From: Tubiluchus corallicola
Taxonomy: Eukaryota > Animalia > Priapulida
Assembly: GCA_030141605.1 (NCBI GenBank)
Contig: JAQGDQ010000725.1
Coordinates: 87,595 to 107,168 of the forward strand
Direction: 5' to 3'
Length of the DNA stretch: 19,574 nt
Shown: in pieces, positions 1 through 11,211 of the stretch
Layout of the letters: the number at the start of each line of letters is the position of its first letter
Position numbering within the stretch: the stretch's first letter is position 1
The notes under the pieces: model-generated
The model's input: the letters and a program-made list of their open reading frames with translations, nothing else
Told to the model about the DNA's origin: nothing
The model's database searches: none
Made by a program: the position numbers and the translations under genes

Positions 1-295
1 CCTACTAAGCCTTCTCTTAATGTGCAAGATAGTTCAATTCCATTAACTTTATTTTCAAACACTTAGCTATCTATTACTGTATCTATTTCTTTTCTACTAG
101 TCCGTTTATTCATTACTTTGACTTTTTTGTAAATATATAATTAGTGCATAATTTTCTCTACTTTAGGTTCTGTCTATATAAACTGGCTGTTGCTTGTATC
201 GTGTGCAACTGATGATGATAGCTGATTGCTGTCGAAGCGTTTGTCATGTTTTTATTATTTTAAATTTTAAAGTCTTTACTAACCAGTTGTTTCTT
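1..295 (+). mobile_element. Penelope-like element 3' fragment / pseudo-LTR, copy 1
   Basis: Encodes KPSLNVQDSSIPLTLF, a typical Penelope GIY-YIG C-terminus, followed by a CTGATGA-stem-GAAG motif at 209-241. Aligns by eye with copies 2 and 3. Confidence 0.8.
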
Positions 296-400
296 TCGAT
301 AATGATAATGCTGTGGAGTAAGGTATAAAAAAGCTATATTCATTTTGCACCAGTCAGATACCGACACCTTTACGTAAGATTACAGTTCGAATCTGTAACT

Positions 401-570
401 GGTGGTGGTGGTGGTGGTGGTGGTGGTGGTGGTGAGGGTTTGTGGTGGTGGTGGTGGTGGTGGTGGTGGTGGTGGTGGTGGTGGTGGTGGTGGTGGTGGT
501 AGTAGTAATAGTAGTAGGAGTAGTAGTAGTTGTGGTGGTAGTAGCAGTAGTAGCAAACACTTCACAACAA

Positions 571-602
<32 letters not shown>

Positions 603-615
603 CAACAACAACAAT
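401..615. repeat. Compound microsatellite (GGT)n-(AGT)n-(AAT)n-(AAC)n
   Basis: Directly visible; source of the homopolymeric ORFs at 354-660. Confidence 0.97.
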
Positions 616-964
616 AAATATTCACTCTACATACCTCCTAACGTTTATACTATACAATAGTATTCTAGCGAAATCGTCATCTAAATAAATTTAGTATATC
701 TGTATTTACTTTTGCTCATGTTTTCAGCTCTAAATTGAACAGGTCGTCTGTACTATTAAAAGTCATATTGTATTTTGTTCGCACTCCTTCAGTTACTCTA
801 CCTCTTGTTACTACGTGTTGTTCATGTTGTACTTTATTTTCGCAAATATTATACAGTCTTTTATGGGGCGGTACCGGGGGTCTTACCCATCTTCCTGTTT
901 CAACTTTGAAGTGACGTGCAGATAGAACAAACCGGCTAAAATTAATACCCTGCGAATCAGCCAT
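568..964 (-). mobile_element. Degenerate non-LTR retrotransposon 3' end (RTEX-like ORF2 C-terminus) with microsatellite tail
   Basis: SRFVLSARHFKVETGRW...KRLYNICENKVQHEQHVV...RTKY resembles the R.SSH.L.IETGR...RLC..C...DE.H...C....R.KY LINE C-terminal motif. It ends in (TTG)n(TTA)n. Confidence 0.75.
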
Positions 965-1029
965 ATTAGCAGTATATACATTAGCAGTTACATAAAGGTG
1001 TCGGTAACTGACTGGTGCAAACTGAATAT

Positions 1030-1485
1030 TGTTTTTTTATACACGTAATCCATAGCATTATTGAAAGAAACAACTTTTAGTAAAGACTTTAAACTTTAAA
1101 ATAATAAAAACATGACAAACGTTTCCACAGAATCAGCTATCATCATCTGTGGTACAGTATACAAACAACAACCAGTTTATATAGGTAGAGCCTATAGTAT
1201 AGAAAATTATGCACTAATTGTGTATTTACAAAGAAGCCAAAGTAATGAATAAACAGACCAGTAGAAAAGTAATAGGCACACTAACAGACAGCTAAGTGTT
1301 TGAAAATAAAGTTAAAGGAATTGAACTACCTTGCACATTAAGAGAAGACTTATTAGGGTGCATAGATAAACTTTTTTTATTAAACCCCCCCCCCCCAGTT
1401 ATTTGTAGCTCTGGTCACAGCACTGAAATTATTAAAATTAGCTTTGTGGCCAGAGGCACAAATACGGTCATTTATACTAGAATTT
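1030..1485 (-). mobile_element. Penelope-like element 3' fragment / pseudo-LTR, copy 2
   Basis: Reverse complement encodes SSINDRICASGHKANFNNFSAVTRATNN...KSSLNVQGSSIPLTLF, with a degenerate hammerhead motif at 1111-1152. Inverted relative to copies 1 and 3. Confidence 0.8.
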
Positions 1486-1919
1486 AGGTTTTTTATTTAG
1501 TTTGTGATTTTTTATGCTCTTCCAAATCACCGAAAGAGCGTCCTTTAATTCGACAGACTAAATTAACCAATTTAGTGAATTTTTTGACAAAGAAACTTTT
1601 AACTTTTCATATAAATTTAGCAGTTGCGTCACATGGCTGGATTAAATTATCTCAGGCTGTTCTCAGTCCTTAGGGTTTGAATTGAATGAAGTTTTATTAG
1701 CTGGCTTAATTTGGCTTGCTTACAGAAAACCTTTCCACGGTTATTTTCCGCGTATTCAAATTGATCTGAAACTTCATCTTTATCTACTGCTGATTGATTA
1801 CTGTGGTTAATCAATTTATGCCTGCGTGAGAAGATTTTCATCTTTAATCAATGTATCTTCAACGATCCATTGTTGTATATTTAAAGTTCATGTAACAAAT
1901 TTATGCCTACATAAACATC

Positions 1920-2775
1920 CGTTGTACATGTATATTGTACATATTATATATACAGTCATGTAACAGTCATGTATATACAATATTGTGCATGAATTGTACA
2001 TGAATATTGTAACTATTATACATTATTGTGCATTGATTGTACATGTATATTACACATTATTGTGCATGGATTGTACATGTATATTGTAAATATTGCACAA
2101 TATCGTGACGGATTGTACGTGTATATTATACATTATTGTGCTTACATTATTGTGCATGGATTGTACATGTATATTATACAATATTGTGATGGATAGTACG
2201 TGTATATTATACATTATCGTGCATGGATTGTACATGTATATTATACAATATTGTGATGGATAGTACGTGTATATTATACATTATCGTGCAGGGATTGTAC
2301 ATGTATATTATACATTATTGAGCATGGATTGTACATGTATATTATACATTATCGTGCATGGATTGTACATGTTTATTATACATTATTGTGCATGGATTGT
2401 ACATGTATATTACACATTATTGTGCATGGATTGTACATGTATATTGTAAATATTGCACAATATCGTGATGGATTGTACTTGTATATTATACATTATTGTG
2501 CTTACATTATTGTGCATGGATTGTACATGTATATTATACAATATTGTGATGGATAGTACGTGTATGTTATACATTATTGTGCATGGATTGTACATGTATA
2601 TTATACAATATTGTGATGGATAGTACGTGTATATTGTACATTATCGTGCAGGGATTGTACATGTATATTGTACATTATTGCGCATGCATTGTACATGTAT
2701 ATTATACATTATTGTACATGGATTGTACATATATATTACACATTATTGTGCATGAGTTGTACATGTATATTGTAC
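1920..2775. repeat. Minisatellite, ~34-bp unit (ATATTATACATTATTGTGCATGGATTGTACATGT) with 360-bp higher-order duplication
   Basis: Unit period is 34 (e.g. 2341 vs 2375). 2041-2100 is identical to 2401-2460 and the following lines are nearly identical. Confidence 0.95.
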
Positions 2776-4980
2776 GATGATACACATATACTACGCAAGT
2801 TGTTTAGTTTTGAAAGACCTGAAGTTAGTTTTGTAATTGTACATTTTATAACAAAAAATCATGTAAAGTACATTACAACATAAAATTTTTGTTATACTGT
2901 GTGTGAATGCTTGTATGATTATAGTACCTACTATCCATATAACCTAACATAGAACACATGCACTTATCTAACAATACAGCATAGGAAGCATATCCTTTGT
3001 TCTAGATCTGTTTTTCTGCCTACAAAGCTTTGCCAAGAGCATTTTTCCTTGATGCCACACAAAACGTCGATAATTCGCATATATCCTATTTTGTGTAACG
3101 CTTTGTATGGAATTTAAAAAAAATTTGAAGTGTCAAAAGTTTCGAAATTTAAGTATCGCGTTTTGAATTATCATGAAACTGGAAATAAAAAAATGCGCTT
3201 AAAACTTTTTAATGTAATTTATAAACTGGAGAATGAATTTGTGTTACACTAATCGCTCTAAGAAAATGTACTGGTAAACGAACTGGGAAATGAGAATTTA
3301 AATCTTTTGTATTGGACCAAAAATGAAAATTTAATATCGGCACAAACCTACTTTGTAAAGGACCCTTTTATTTTAAGATCTTGCTGTTAATTTTTAGTAA
3401 AATATTGTGTAGTTCTATTGTGTAAAATACAAAAATATTGGGATTAAATTTGTGTAGTTCTTGAGATTACTGATTGTAACTCTTGTGGATTTAAACATTG
3501 AATTGGAATTTAACAATTTGGTATATCAATTTATCTGCATTTTTATGTTACTTCACAGGAAACTTGAGGCATTAATAACCTTGATTTTAGCACGCACTTC
3601 AATACTTCTTGTTTAATATGACAGTAAGAAATGTTATACGCACAAATTAGAAAAGCTAATTACAGAATCCGTAAATGTAATATTGTAGAATTCACTCTGT
3701 ATAGTGTCTATGTAAAATTCTATAATGTTAGTACAGATATTTTTGCCTGCAAAAAGAGGCTAATAAAGACTTATCATCATCATCTAAGAAATCCAAATGA
3801 ATGAAAGAGGCTCCACTTCGAAAATGACAAACATGTCTACATTAAGGCACAGGAAAAATAATTCTTATTCCTAGTAATAAAAATTGCCTGTTAATGTTGT
3901 TCTTTGAGCTAATGTTCTAGTAAACATTTCCACAGATAAGAACCACGAAGGAAAAACGTTTATTTAAAAGCAGTTGTCCTGCATCTAAGAATGTCCAGAG
4001 TAAAAATATGAATGAAATGCATCAGCGAAATTAGTTATCCGAGAAATTTGTCAGCTTTCGGGAAAAAAGATCGTAAGAGTATCTAAATCAGAAAAAAAAC
4101 GATAAAAGGGGTTTCATGCACATACAGCCAGAAATCTCCATGAACAAGAGTTTCTAAGAGGTTGAGGGTTTTGAGATAAGAGCACTGTTTGTTTACACAG
4201 CAAGCTTAGAATAAAACTAATGAAATAATAAGAAAAACATAAAACGATTTATAGCTAACTTAGAGAAGTCTCCATTTTGTACTTTTTGTAGTCTTTACCT
4301 AGCCTTTATGTTGTAAAATAAATCTGTTTACTTTAAACTGTCATCTTTATACAAACTGTTTAGACAACAATTAGGCCTGCCTAGTGCTTGGTACTTAGAT
4401 AATTTGCCATATTTACTAAATGTATCAACGAAAATCAATCACTAGAAAAGCTATTACGTTAATTTTAATTTATTCACAGTCCGATGTTTTCTCCGATTTT
4501 GTAACGAATTTTGGCGCAAAATACGCCTTGTTTTACTGCTAAGAAACTGAACATTCAACAACATTAGTTCATATAACATTGACCTTACGAAGAGTTAGAG
4601 AGATATTGATTAACAAAACGAAATTTTGCTGCCCACTTTAAAATGTATTCGTCTTTGACTCTCTTAATAATATTTTATTGTTAAATGTGTGCAAAAATAT
4701 ATAATTTCTGCTGGTTTGGAATCTACGTACGCTGATTCGCATAACATGTTGTTTAAACCATCATAACATGACCACAGTTCTTTTTACCACCATTTTTAAC
4801 AGTTTTGATCAATTAAGTGACAATGGTAATTAAAAAAATGCAGTCTCGAGCATATCTATATCTCTCACAGGGTAACCAACAGGGCAGCATCTCATTTTCT
4901 GTCTTCAACGTTTTTTTGCATGTTTTAAACTATTTCACACAAGGTAAGTTGGAGTTAATTTAACAACAAAATTTAATGAT

Positions 4981-5565
4981 GGATGATTTTTCATATACCA
5001 CCCCATTTTCAAGTACTGTAAAAAGTATACATTTTAACGCAATTAATACTGCGGAAGCGTTTCTAATAATTAAATAATAGATCAAAATCTTAATTAACGG
5101 CGGGCGAGCCCAATTATTGATGACATCACAAACTAACATAATTTTTAACAGCAAAAATATTATACGAGCGTGTTGCACGTGTTTGCGAAAGAGAAAATTG
5201 AAGTACAGTGCTACTGAAAGATATTCAGTGTGTTGTACCAGAACTAAACAAGTTTTAAGACAAAAATTGAAAATTTAAATTTACCGCTGTGCTCACGCAT
5301 GAGTTGTCGAGCTGTCACATCATGAGTACTACGTCACAACCGAACACCTCTGACAGGAGAAATACAGCACCTGCTTTTTGTGCAACTCGTTTCCCATATG
5401 CAAGCACTACTGCCCGTCTAGTGGCGTGAAGGCGAAATTGCGTTTGTGTAGTAATAATTCTTTCACGTAAGTCATTTTTGAAACAATAATATGTTTCCTT
5501 TCAATATTTAAAAGATTAGATTGTTTTCGATCTCCAGATTAAGATTGGGTCTAGCGTTGCTTTAG
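4981..5565 (+). mobile_element. Dispersed non-coding repeat (unclassified TE fragment), copy A
   Basis: Aligns by eye to the reverse complement of 15130-15640. Shared blocks include CGAGCGTGTTGCACGTGTTTGCGAAAG and GTAATAATTCTTTCACGTAAGTCATT. Confidence 0.8.
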
Positions 5566-6375
5566 ACAAAAATTAATTTAGCTACTGCACTATTTTGGAG
5601 CTTACAGACACAGAGAGTTTAAGGTCACAGAGACTATAATAGACTTGAAGTCTATTATACGTAGACACACAATCATCTACTGTGCAATGAACAGCTTTTT
5701 TATTAAGGCGTGGATTCCCAACCACAATGGCTGCCCACACGTTAATGAATGGAAAGTGATTAATGATTCATATAACCCAGATACAGTTTGATAGTGAATT
5801 GAAATTGTCGAACTGTATATGAATTTCTATTCTTTGCAGAAATGCAAGTGTTTGAGTTGGTCAGCTGTTTGGCAACATGTCATGAAATCAAGGCAAATAT
5901 GGCAGCGTATATAAATCACTCCGCGGTAATCCCAGTGAGGATTTTGTCGTGTCTTTGCACCAAGGGCAGCAAAACTGCCGACCTTTGCAAATGCTGGTGG
6001 GGATTTTTCAGCAGTTTGCTTTCAACTTTAGCAGAGTTCGCTGGCAGACTTCGTTTTGTGAGCAAAGATGCATCGCTATGAAATGCTGGAGTTGATGTAT
6101 TTGGCAGCGTGTGATGTAATCTTAATTATAAATCCTTGAAGTAGTAGAGAACATAGGCTAGGTATGAATATAAAGTCAAGAAAAACAATGGCGGCATCAA
6201 ATGTGCGATGTATAGTTACCAAATTTACAACATACAGAGCAAAAAAGTAGCAAATTCTTGTACTATCGAGTTTCTTTGCTTCACAGTATAATACAGTAAA
6301 AACCAAGCCTGTGGGTTCACGTACTATATGCAAATAATTTGGCAGGCATATGTAAAATAGCAATCATAAATATAG

Positions 6376-6580
6376 TATACTATACTATAGTATACTGCAG
6401 TGTAGTGTAGAATGTATAGTACAGTATAGTATAGTGTAGTGTAGTGTAGTGTAGTGTAGTGTAGTGTAGTGTAGTGTAGTGTAGTGTAGTGTAGTGTAGT
6501 GTAGTGTAGTGTGTAGTGTTGTGTGTAGTGTTGTGTTGTGTTGTGTTGTATTGTATTGTATTGTATTGTATTGTATAGCA
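6376..6580. repeat. Pentanucleotide microsatellite (GTAGT)n grading to (GTGTT)n/(GTATT)n
   Basis: Directly visible. Confidence 0.96.
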
Positions 6581-6854
6581 TAGCACGGCGAAAGGTATTA
6601 AATTCGTTATGATTTGACAAGATGTCAATTTTCTCTAACATTTTTCAATTTTTAATATTAATTAAGATAATAAACTATAGACCTAGTGAGGTAACACATT
6701 TTGTAGGCTATTATCATTATAAGGATATTACAATGGAAGGCAAAATAGTACTTTAACTTAGCTTAAACTTTGTTTTTTTAAAATGGATTTACAAGACAGA
6801 CTACGTTTGATACAGAATCTCCACATTGCAAGGGTTGAGTGGAGAATGTTAATA

Positions 6855-7325
6855 ACCAATCAATGAATCAATCAATTTATTTCACTCCAGCAATACATAT
6901 ACAATACATCAACATACAATATTATTAAAAAAACAGTTGATGAAGTCAAATTAAATAAAAATAAAAGAGTTGCTGTATGACACCTTGAAAGCTTGGCTTG
7001 TTAAGGTGGCACAAATGAGTGAATGAAAGAATGGTTGGGGTTAGTAGACATGATGAAATGGAAAAAAATGGTAAGTTTAGGGATAGGAAGAAAGGGGGAG
7101 GATGAGTGAATGAAAGAATGGTTAGGGTTAGTAGACATGATGAAATGGAAAAAAATAGTAAGATTAGGGATAGGAAGAAGCAAAAGAGGAGAAAAAACGA
7201 AATTAGATGTATTATAAGCATCATAACAGAATTATAGGCATCATAACTAATGTTACGCTTCATTTGATTAAACAATTGGTTCATTTTTGCAGAGATAAAG
7301 CTTGGACTTCTGTACATGAACAGTA
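6855..7325 (-). mobile_element. Probable CR1/L2-group LINE 3' end
   Basis: Minus strand shows a 3' stem-loop (TGCCACCTT-AACAAGCCAAGCTTTC-AAGGTGTCA), then AATAAA followed by a TTGA-repeat tail. Confidence 0.45.
7015..7178. repeat. Tandem duplication, 87-bp period, 2 copies
   Basis: ATGAGTGAATGAAAGAATGGTT...GGGATAGGAAGAA starts at 7015 and at 7102. Confidence 0.92.
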
Positions 7326-7337
7326 CAAAGACAACAT

Positions 7338-7765
7338 TGTCACTTTTGGAACTATTTCAGCAATGTTGTGCTGAACAGACTGAGAGTTACTTATAAGAAT
7401 AGAATTCGTAAACTATTTTTACTTAGATTTCATTGTAGCTTATCTACTGTGAGTGTTAACCTTAGTCTACCGTATTTTTTGCGTTTGAAAGTATAAAATG
7501 TTACTGTAGTCTAAAGCAGCGAGTTTTGAATTCCGATAATAATTTTTTACTTTGCATTGTAAACTCTGATGTGTATTTTGAATTTATATTTTTTAAATTG
7601 TAGATCATTGTCGTAACTTCTTGATGACGTTGTAAATTTTAAATGCTTCTACTTACATTCTGTATATAGCAATTTTTAGTATTTCTAATTTTAATAACTG
7701 GAAATTTTAACTGTATATTTTTATGGCTTCTATGCTGAGATAAATGGTGATCAATCAGTCAATTA
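7338..7765 (+). mobile_element. Degenerate LINE ORF2 C-terminus and 3' end
   Basis: Frame from 7338 reads CHFWNYFSNVVLNRLRVTYKNRIRKLFLLRFHCS, later SLKQRVLNSDNNFLLCIVNSD. This resembles the LW..Y....L..LRVAYNN..R.L..L...CS motif of invertebrate LINE ORF2 tails. Confidence 0.6.
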
Positions 7766-8019
7766 AATTCCATCCGAAAAAATAAAAATACAAAGTAAAT
7801 TAGCTGATTATTCACCTAACAGTAAATTCTACTTTATTGTAAAGTGAGAGATTGATTTAATATTTCTTAAGATATTTGTATTTTAATTAAGATACATGTC
7901 ATAGTAAAAAAAGAAAACGGATCGGTACTTTTAATTCTGATTGATCCAGATTTTGCATCAGTAATTTCTTTAATAATTTTTATATTTTGTCTGCTTGTTT
8001 TAAGGTTTAATATGTTTTT

Positions 8020-8550
8020 GTTGGAATTGCTGTTCTCTGGAACTGGTAAGAATTGATAATTCTCTTCATTCCAGCATTAGTGACCATATTTGTGCCTTTG
8101 GCCAAAAAGATTATTTTAATAATTTCAGCATTGTGACCAGAGCTACAAATAACTGGGACTTATTAGTAAATGAAAGTTTATCTATGTACCTTAATAAAAC
8201 TTCTCTTATTGTACAAAGCAGTTCAATGCCTCTAACCTTATTTTCAATCAATTTCTATCCTACAGGTCTGTTTAATCATTATCTATTTGGCTTTTTGTAA
8301 ATACATAATTAGTGAATAATTTACTGTCAATTTCTTTTCTACTTGTATGCTTAACCATTACCCATTTGGCTTCTGTTAAATACATAATTAGTGCATAATG
8401 TTCTATACTGTAGACTCTGCCGATAAAAAACTGGTTGTATGTTTGTGAAAATTTACCACTGATGATGACAGTAGTAGCTCTGTCGAAACGTTTGACATGA
8501 TTTTTAACTATGTAAATTAAAAGTTTTAATAAAGTTGTGTTTTTTTAACT
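8020..8550 (+). mobile_element. Penelope-like element 3' fragment / pseudo-LTR, copy 3
   Basis: Encodes SSISDHICAFGQKDYFNNFSIVTRATNNWDLLVNESLSMYLNKTSLIVQSSSMPLTLF (Penelope endonuclease C-terminus-like). Hammerhead core at 8459-8493. Confidence 0.8.
8452..8499 (+). ncRNA. Minimal hammerhead ribozyme motif (Penelope pLTR type)
   Basis: CTGATGA (8459-8465), T, stem GACAG/CTGTC (8467-8471/8480-8484), GAAA (8485-8488), palindromic AAACGTTT. Stem I pairing is weak. Confidence 0.6.
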
Positions 8551-9188
8551 GTAAATGTTTTTATGTGCCTGTAATAAAAATTTCTTGGAATGTTCCAATT
8601 ACTTGATGGGTATTGCATTATCTACTCACAACGTGCAATTATAAGTTTAACACCCGATAAAACACAGTGTCGCGGTTGTCCTGTGATTATTGCTGTTACT
8701 ATTATTATGGATTTTCTGTTAAATTGACTTTAAATTCAAAATGGCGTCGCCATGCTGTACCGTATATAAATGATTACGATGAATTCATGTCATAATAATT
8801 CATTACAGCGCGGCAGACTGGGTATAGCTGGGCGTCTAGTCAGACTGTTGACCTTTTTACTCGCTTGGACGAAAGCGGTAAAATAAGCAAATATAGGGTT
8901 GTAGTTAATCATGATATATAGGGCTAAGCCGCCTATATAGGTTACAATTTTGTATATAAATATATATATGTGTGGGTATACGTTAAGCTATAACATGCCT
9001 AATTAATGTAGCCTCGGTTTACTATTCGAATTGTCATCAAGATTAAAGCATAGACCCCACACAGCTGACTTAAATTTAGCTAATTCAGATATATATATAT
9101 ATATATATATATATACGTAGCGTAACTTACTATACATCTTAACTTTTAATTTGTATACTCTTTTATGTATGTATAATTTATATATATA

Positions 9189-9284
9189 TAAAAGAGTATA
9201 TGAAATATTTTATGCAATATAGAGTATATGAAATATTATATGCAATATATATATGTTGCATAAAATATTTCATATACTCTTTTA
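9189..9284. repeat. Short foldback: 29-bp perfect inverted repeat with an internal partial direct copy
   Basis: TAAAAGAGTATATGAAATATTTTATGCAA (9189-9217) and its reverse complement (9256-9284). Confidence 0.85.
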
Positions 9285-9670
9285 TTAAGATAACGTACAA
9301 ATTATTTCATAACTTTTAACAGTGCAAAGATAAGTATCATACATAAAAATAGTTTCTGACATAAATATCAAATGCATCCCAAGTAGTTTAATTGACAGAA
9401 ATATATTTATCGAAAAAGCGCTGGAACTTTCTCAGACTAACTTATCTAACGCTTAGAATACTGCAAATTAAAATTTTTGGGCGTCTTTGTTACAGCTTCT
9501 TCAGGTATGCAGTTATAGGCTTAATAATGAGGCACCTAAATTTAAACTACATGGGTCTAATTAAAATATGGTTATGACATGTATGGCTTATAATTGGACA
9601 AGCGTACTGATAGGCGTACTTAATGATTTACACGAAAACTATACATCACACATTAACTTAATTTGTCTTA

Positions 9671-9740
9671 TTATTTTGAAATTTTGTTGAATCAAGTTTC
9701 AACAGTTATTTTGAAATTTTGTTGAATCAAGTTTCAACAG
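9671..9740. repeat. 35-bp perfect tandem duplication
   Basis: TTATTTTGAAATTTTGTTGAATCAAGTTTCAACAG twice. Confidence 0.93.
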
Positions 9741-10102
9741 CTATTTAAAATTTTTATGAGTGAAGTTTTAAAAGTTACTAATACAAAGAAAACAGCTTGT
9801 AGGTTTTTAAATACGTCTTTCCTTTAATATTAATAGTAGTGTTAGTTTGGCAGAAATGAAACGCAAATAAATAAAATATTTGACATATTTTATGAGTAAA
9901 ATTGAGTTCATGTTTAGCGTATACAGAGAGTTCCAAAAACAATAATGCACGTAATGAGTTCAAAACGAATAACACGAGAATAAAAGACATATGAGGTACC
10001 CACTAACCAAGAGTCGAACTTGGTGCATCTGCACATTTGAATAAATATAACGTAATCGTCGGAATTGAAACCAAATTTCAACTTAACAGCTTCTGTATTA
10101 CC

Positions 10103-10263
<161 letters not shown>

Positions 10264-10594
10264 ATTTTATTTGTTTTATAAAATTATGAATAAAACAAAA
10301 TAAAATATATATGAAGACGAATTCATTCATACATAGGGCCCTACGTACATACATTCTAAGAGTACATTTTTTGAGTCTTAGATACATATATAGAAAATTA
10401 TGAAACAAGACTGCTAGCCGATAAATTACAAATAAACAAATAACATCTAATTACTACTGACATTAGACACGAAATGATTACAAAAGTTTCCTGGAAATAA
10501 CGGATGGCGTGTGAATGCTGATAATTAATATGAAAGTCCAATACTAAACATACTGAACTCATAAAAACTAACGCAACGTAACTTTCGAGACAAA

Positions 10595-10620
10595 TCAATA
10601 CATTTTTTGCACACCCTGTA
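10595..10620 (-). mobile_element. Possible solo Tc1/mariner-type terminal inverted repeat
   Basis: Minus strand TA-CAGGGTGTGCAAAAAATGTATT resembles Tc1-family ends. No partner end was found. Confidence 0.35.
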
Positions 10621-10886
10621 GATATTTTGGTAACTGAATTTCTCTACCTGCACTAGAGGTGCCTGCAGAGAGGATGTGGAAGGGATGTCCCAGGCGGTAC
10701 ATTATCTCTCTACCGTATACATGTCAGACAGTAGTCAGCGCGTGGAAAATTTACGGCAGATGTGACGTGTTCGCAGCCGGTTTCTGACCATAAATACTTT
10801 GGCGTTAACATAAAGACTAACTAATTACCATTACCGATCAACTTAATGTGAATTCTATGTTAAAATCACATGCAGGCTTAAAGCTT

Positions 10887-11071
10887 AAAGCTTGATTAAG
10901 ATATACTAAATGAAACTTACATAAATTACTATTTCCAAAAAGTACATTTAAAGCTTGATTAAGATATACTAAACGAAACTTACATAAATTTCTATTTCTA
11001 AAAAGTACATTTAAAGCTTGATTAAGATATACTAAACGAAACTTACATAAATTACTATATCTAAAAAGTAC
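10887..11071. repeat. 63-bp tandem repeat, 3 copies
   Basis: AAAGCTTGATTAAGATATACTAAA... starts at 10887, 10950 and 11013. Confidence 0.95.
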
Positions 11072-11124
11072 AGAGTTTATCAGTATAGAGGCCCTGTATA
11101 TAATACTTATAATACTTATTATAT

Positions 11125-11167
11125 GTTATTATTGTTATTATTAATCTTATTATTATTATTATTATTA

Positions 11168-11205
<38 letters not shown>

Positions 11206-11211
11206 GTTATT
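11125..11211. repeat. Imperfect (TTA)n microsatellite
   Basis: Directly visible. Confidence 0.93.

Noticed and set aside
354-660. Poly-L/T/V/P/N ORFs
   Set aside because: Translations of trinucleotide microsatellites.
1647-1841. 64-aa minus-strand ORF as possible Hox4 exon 2
   Set aside because: No homeodomain residues and no clear acceptor; unassigned, possibly a TE remnant.
2050-2883. Repetitive ORFs and a superficially CRISPR-like ~34-bp periodicity
   Set aside because: Head-to-tail minisatellite without unique spacers; eukaryotic context; no cas genes.
4250-4300. LEKSPFCTFC peptide resembling an L1/Tx1 zinc-knuckle
   Set aside because: Too short, with no supporting flanking similarity.
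4960-5178. Twin ORFs MQHAR.IF (also 15442-15651) as a duplicated small gene
   Set aside because: Non-ATG starts, and they lie inside a longer non-coding dispersed repeat.
5635-5659. 12-bp-arm palindrome TATAATAGACTT-G-AAGTCTATTATA
   Set aside because: Real but short and AT-rich, with no context suggesting function.
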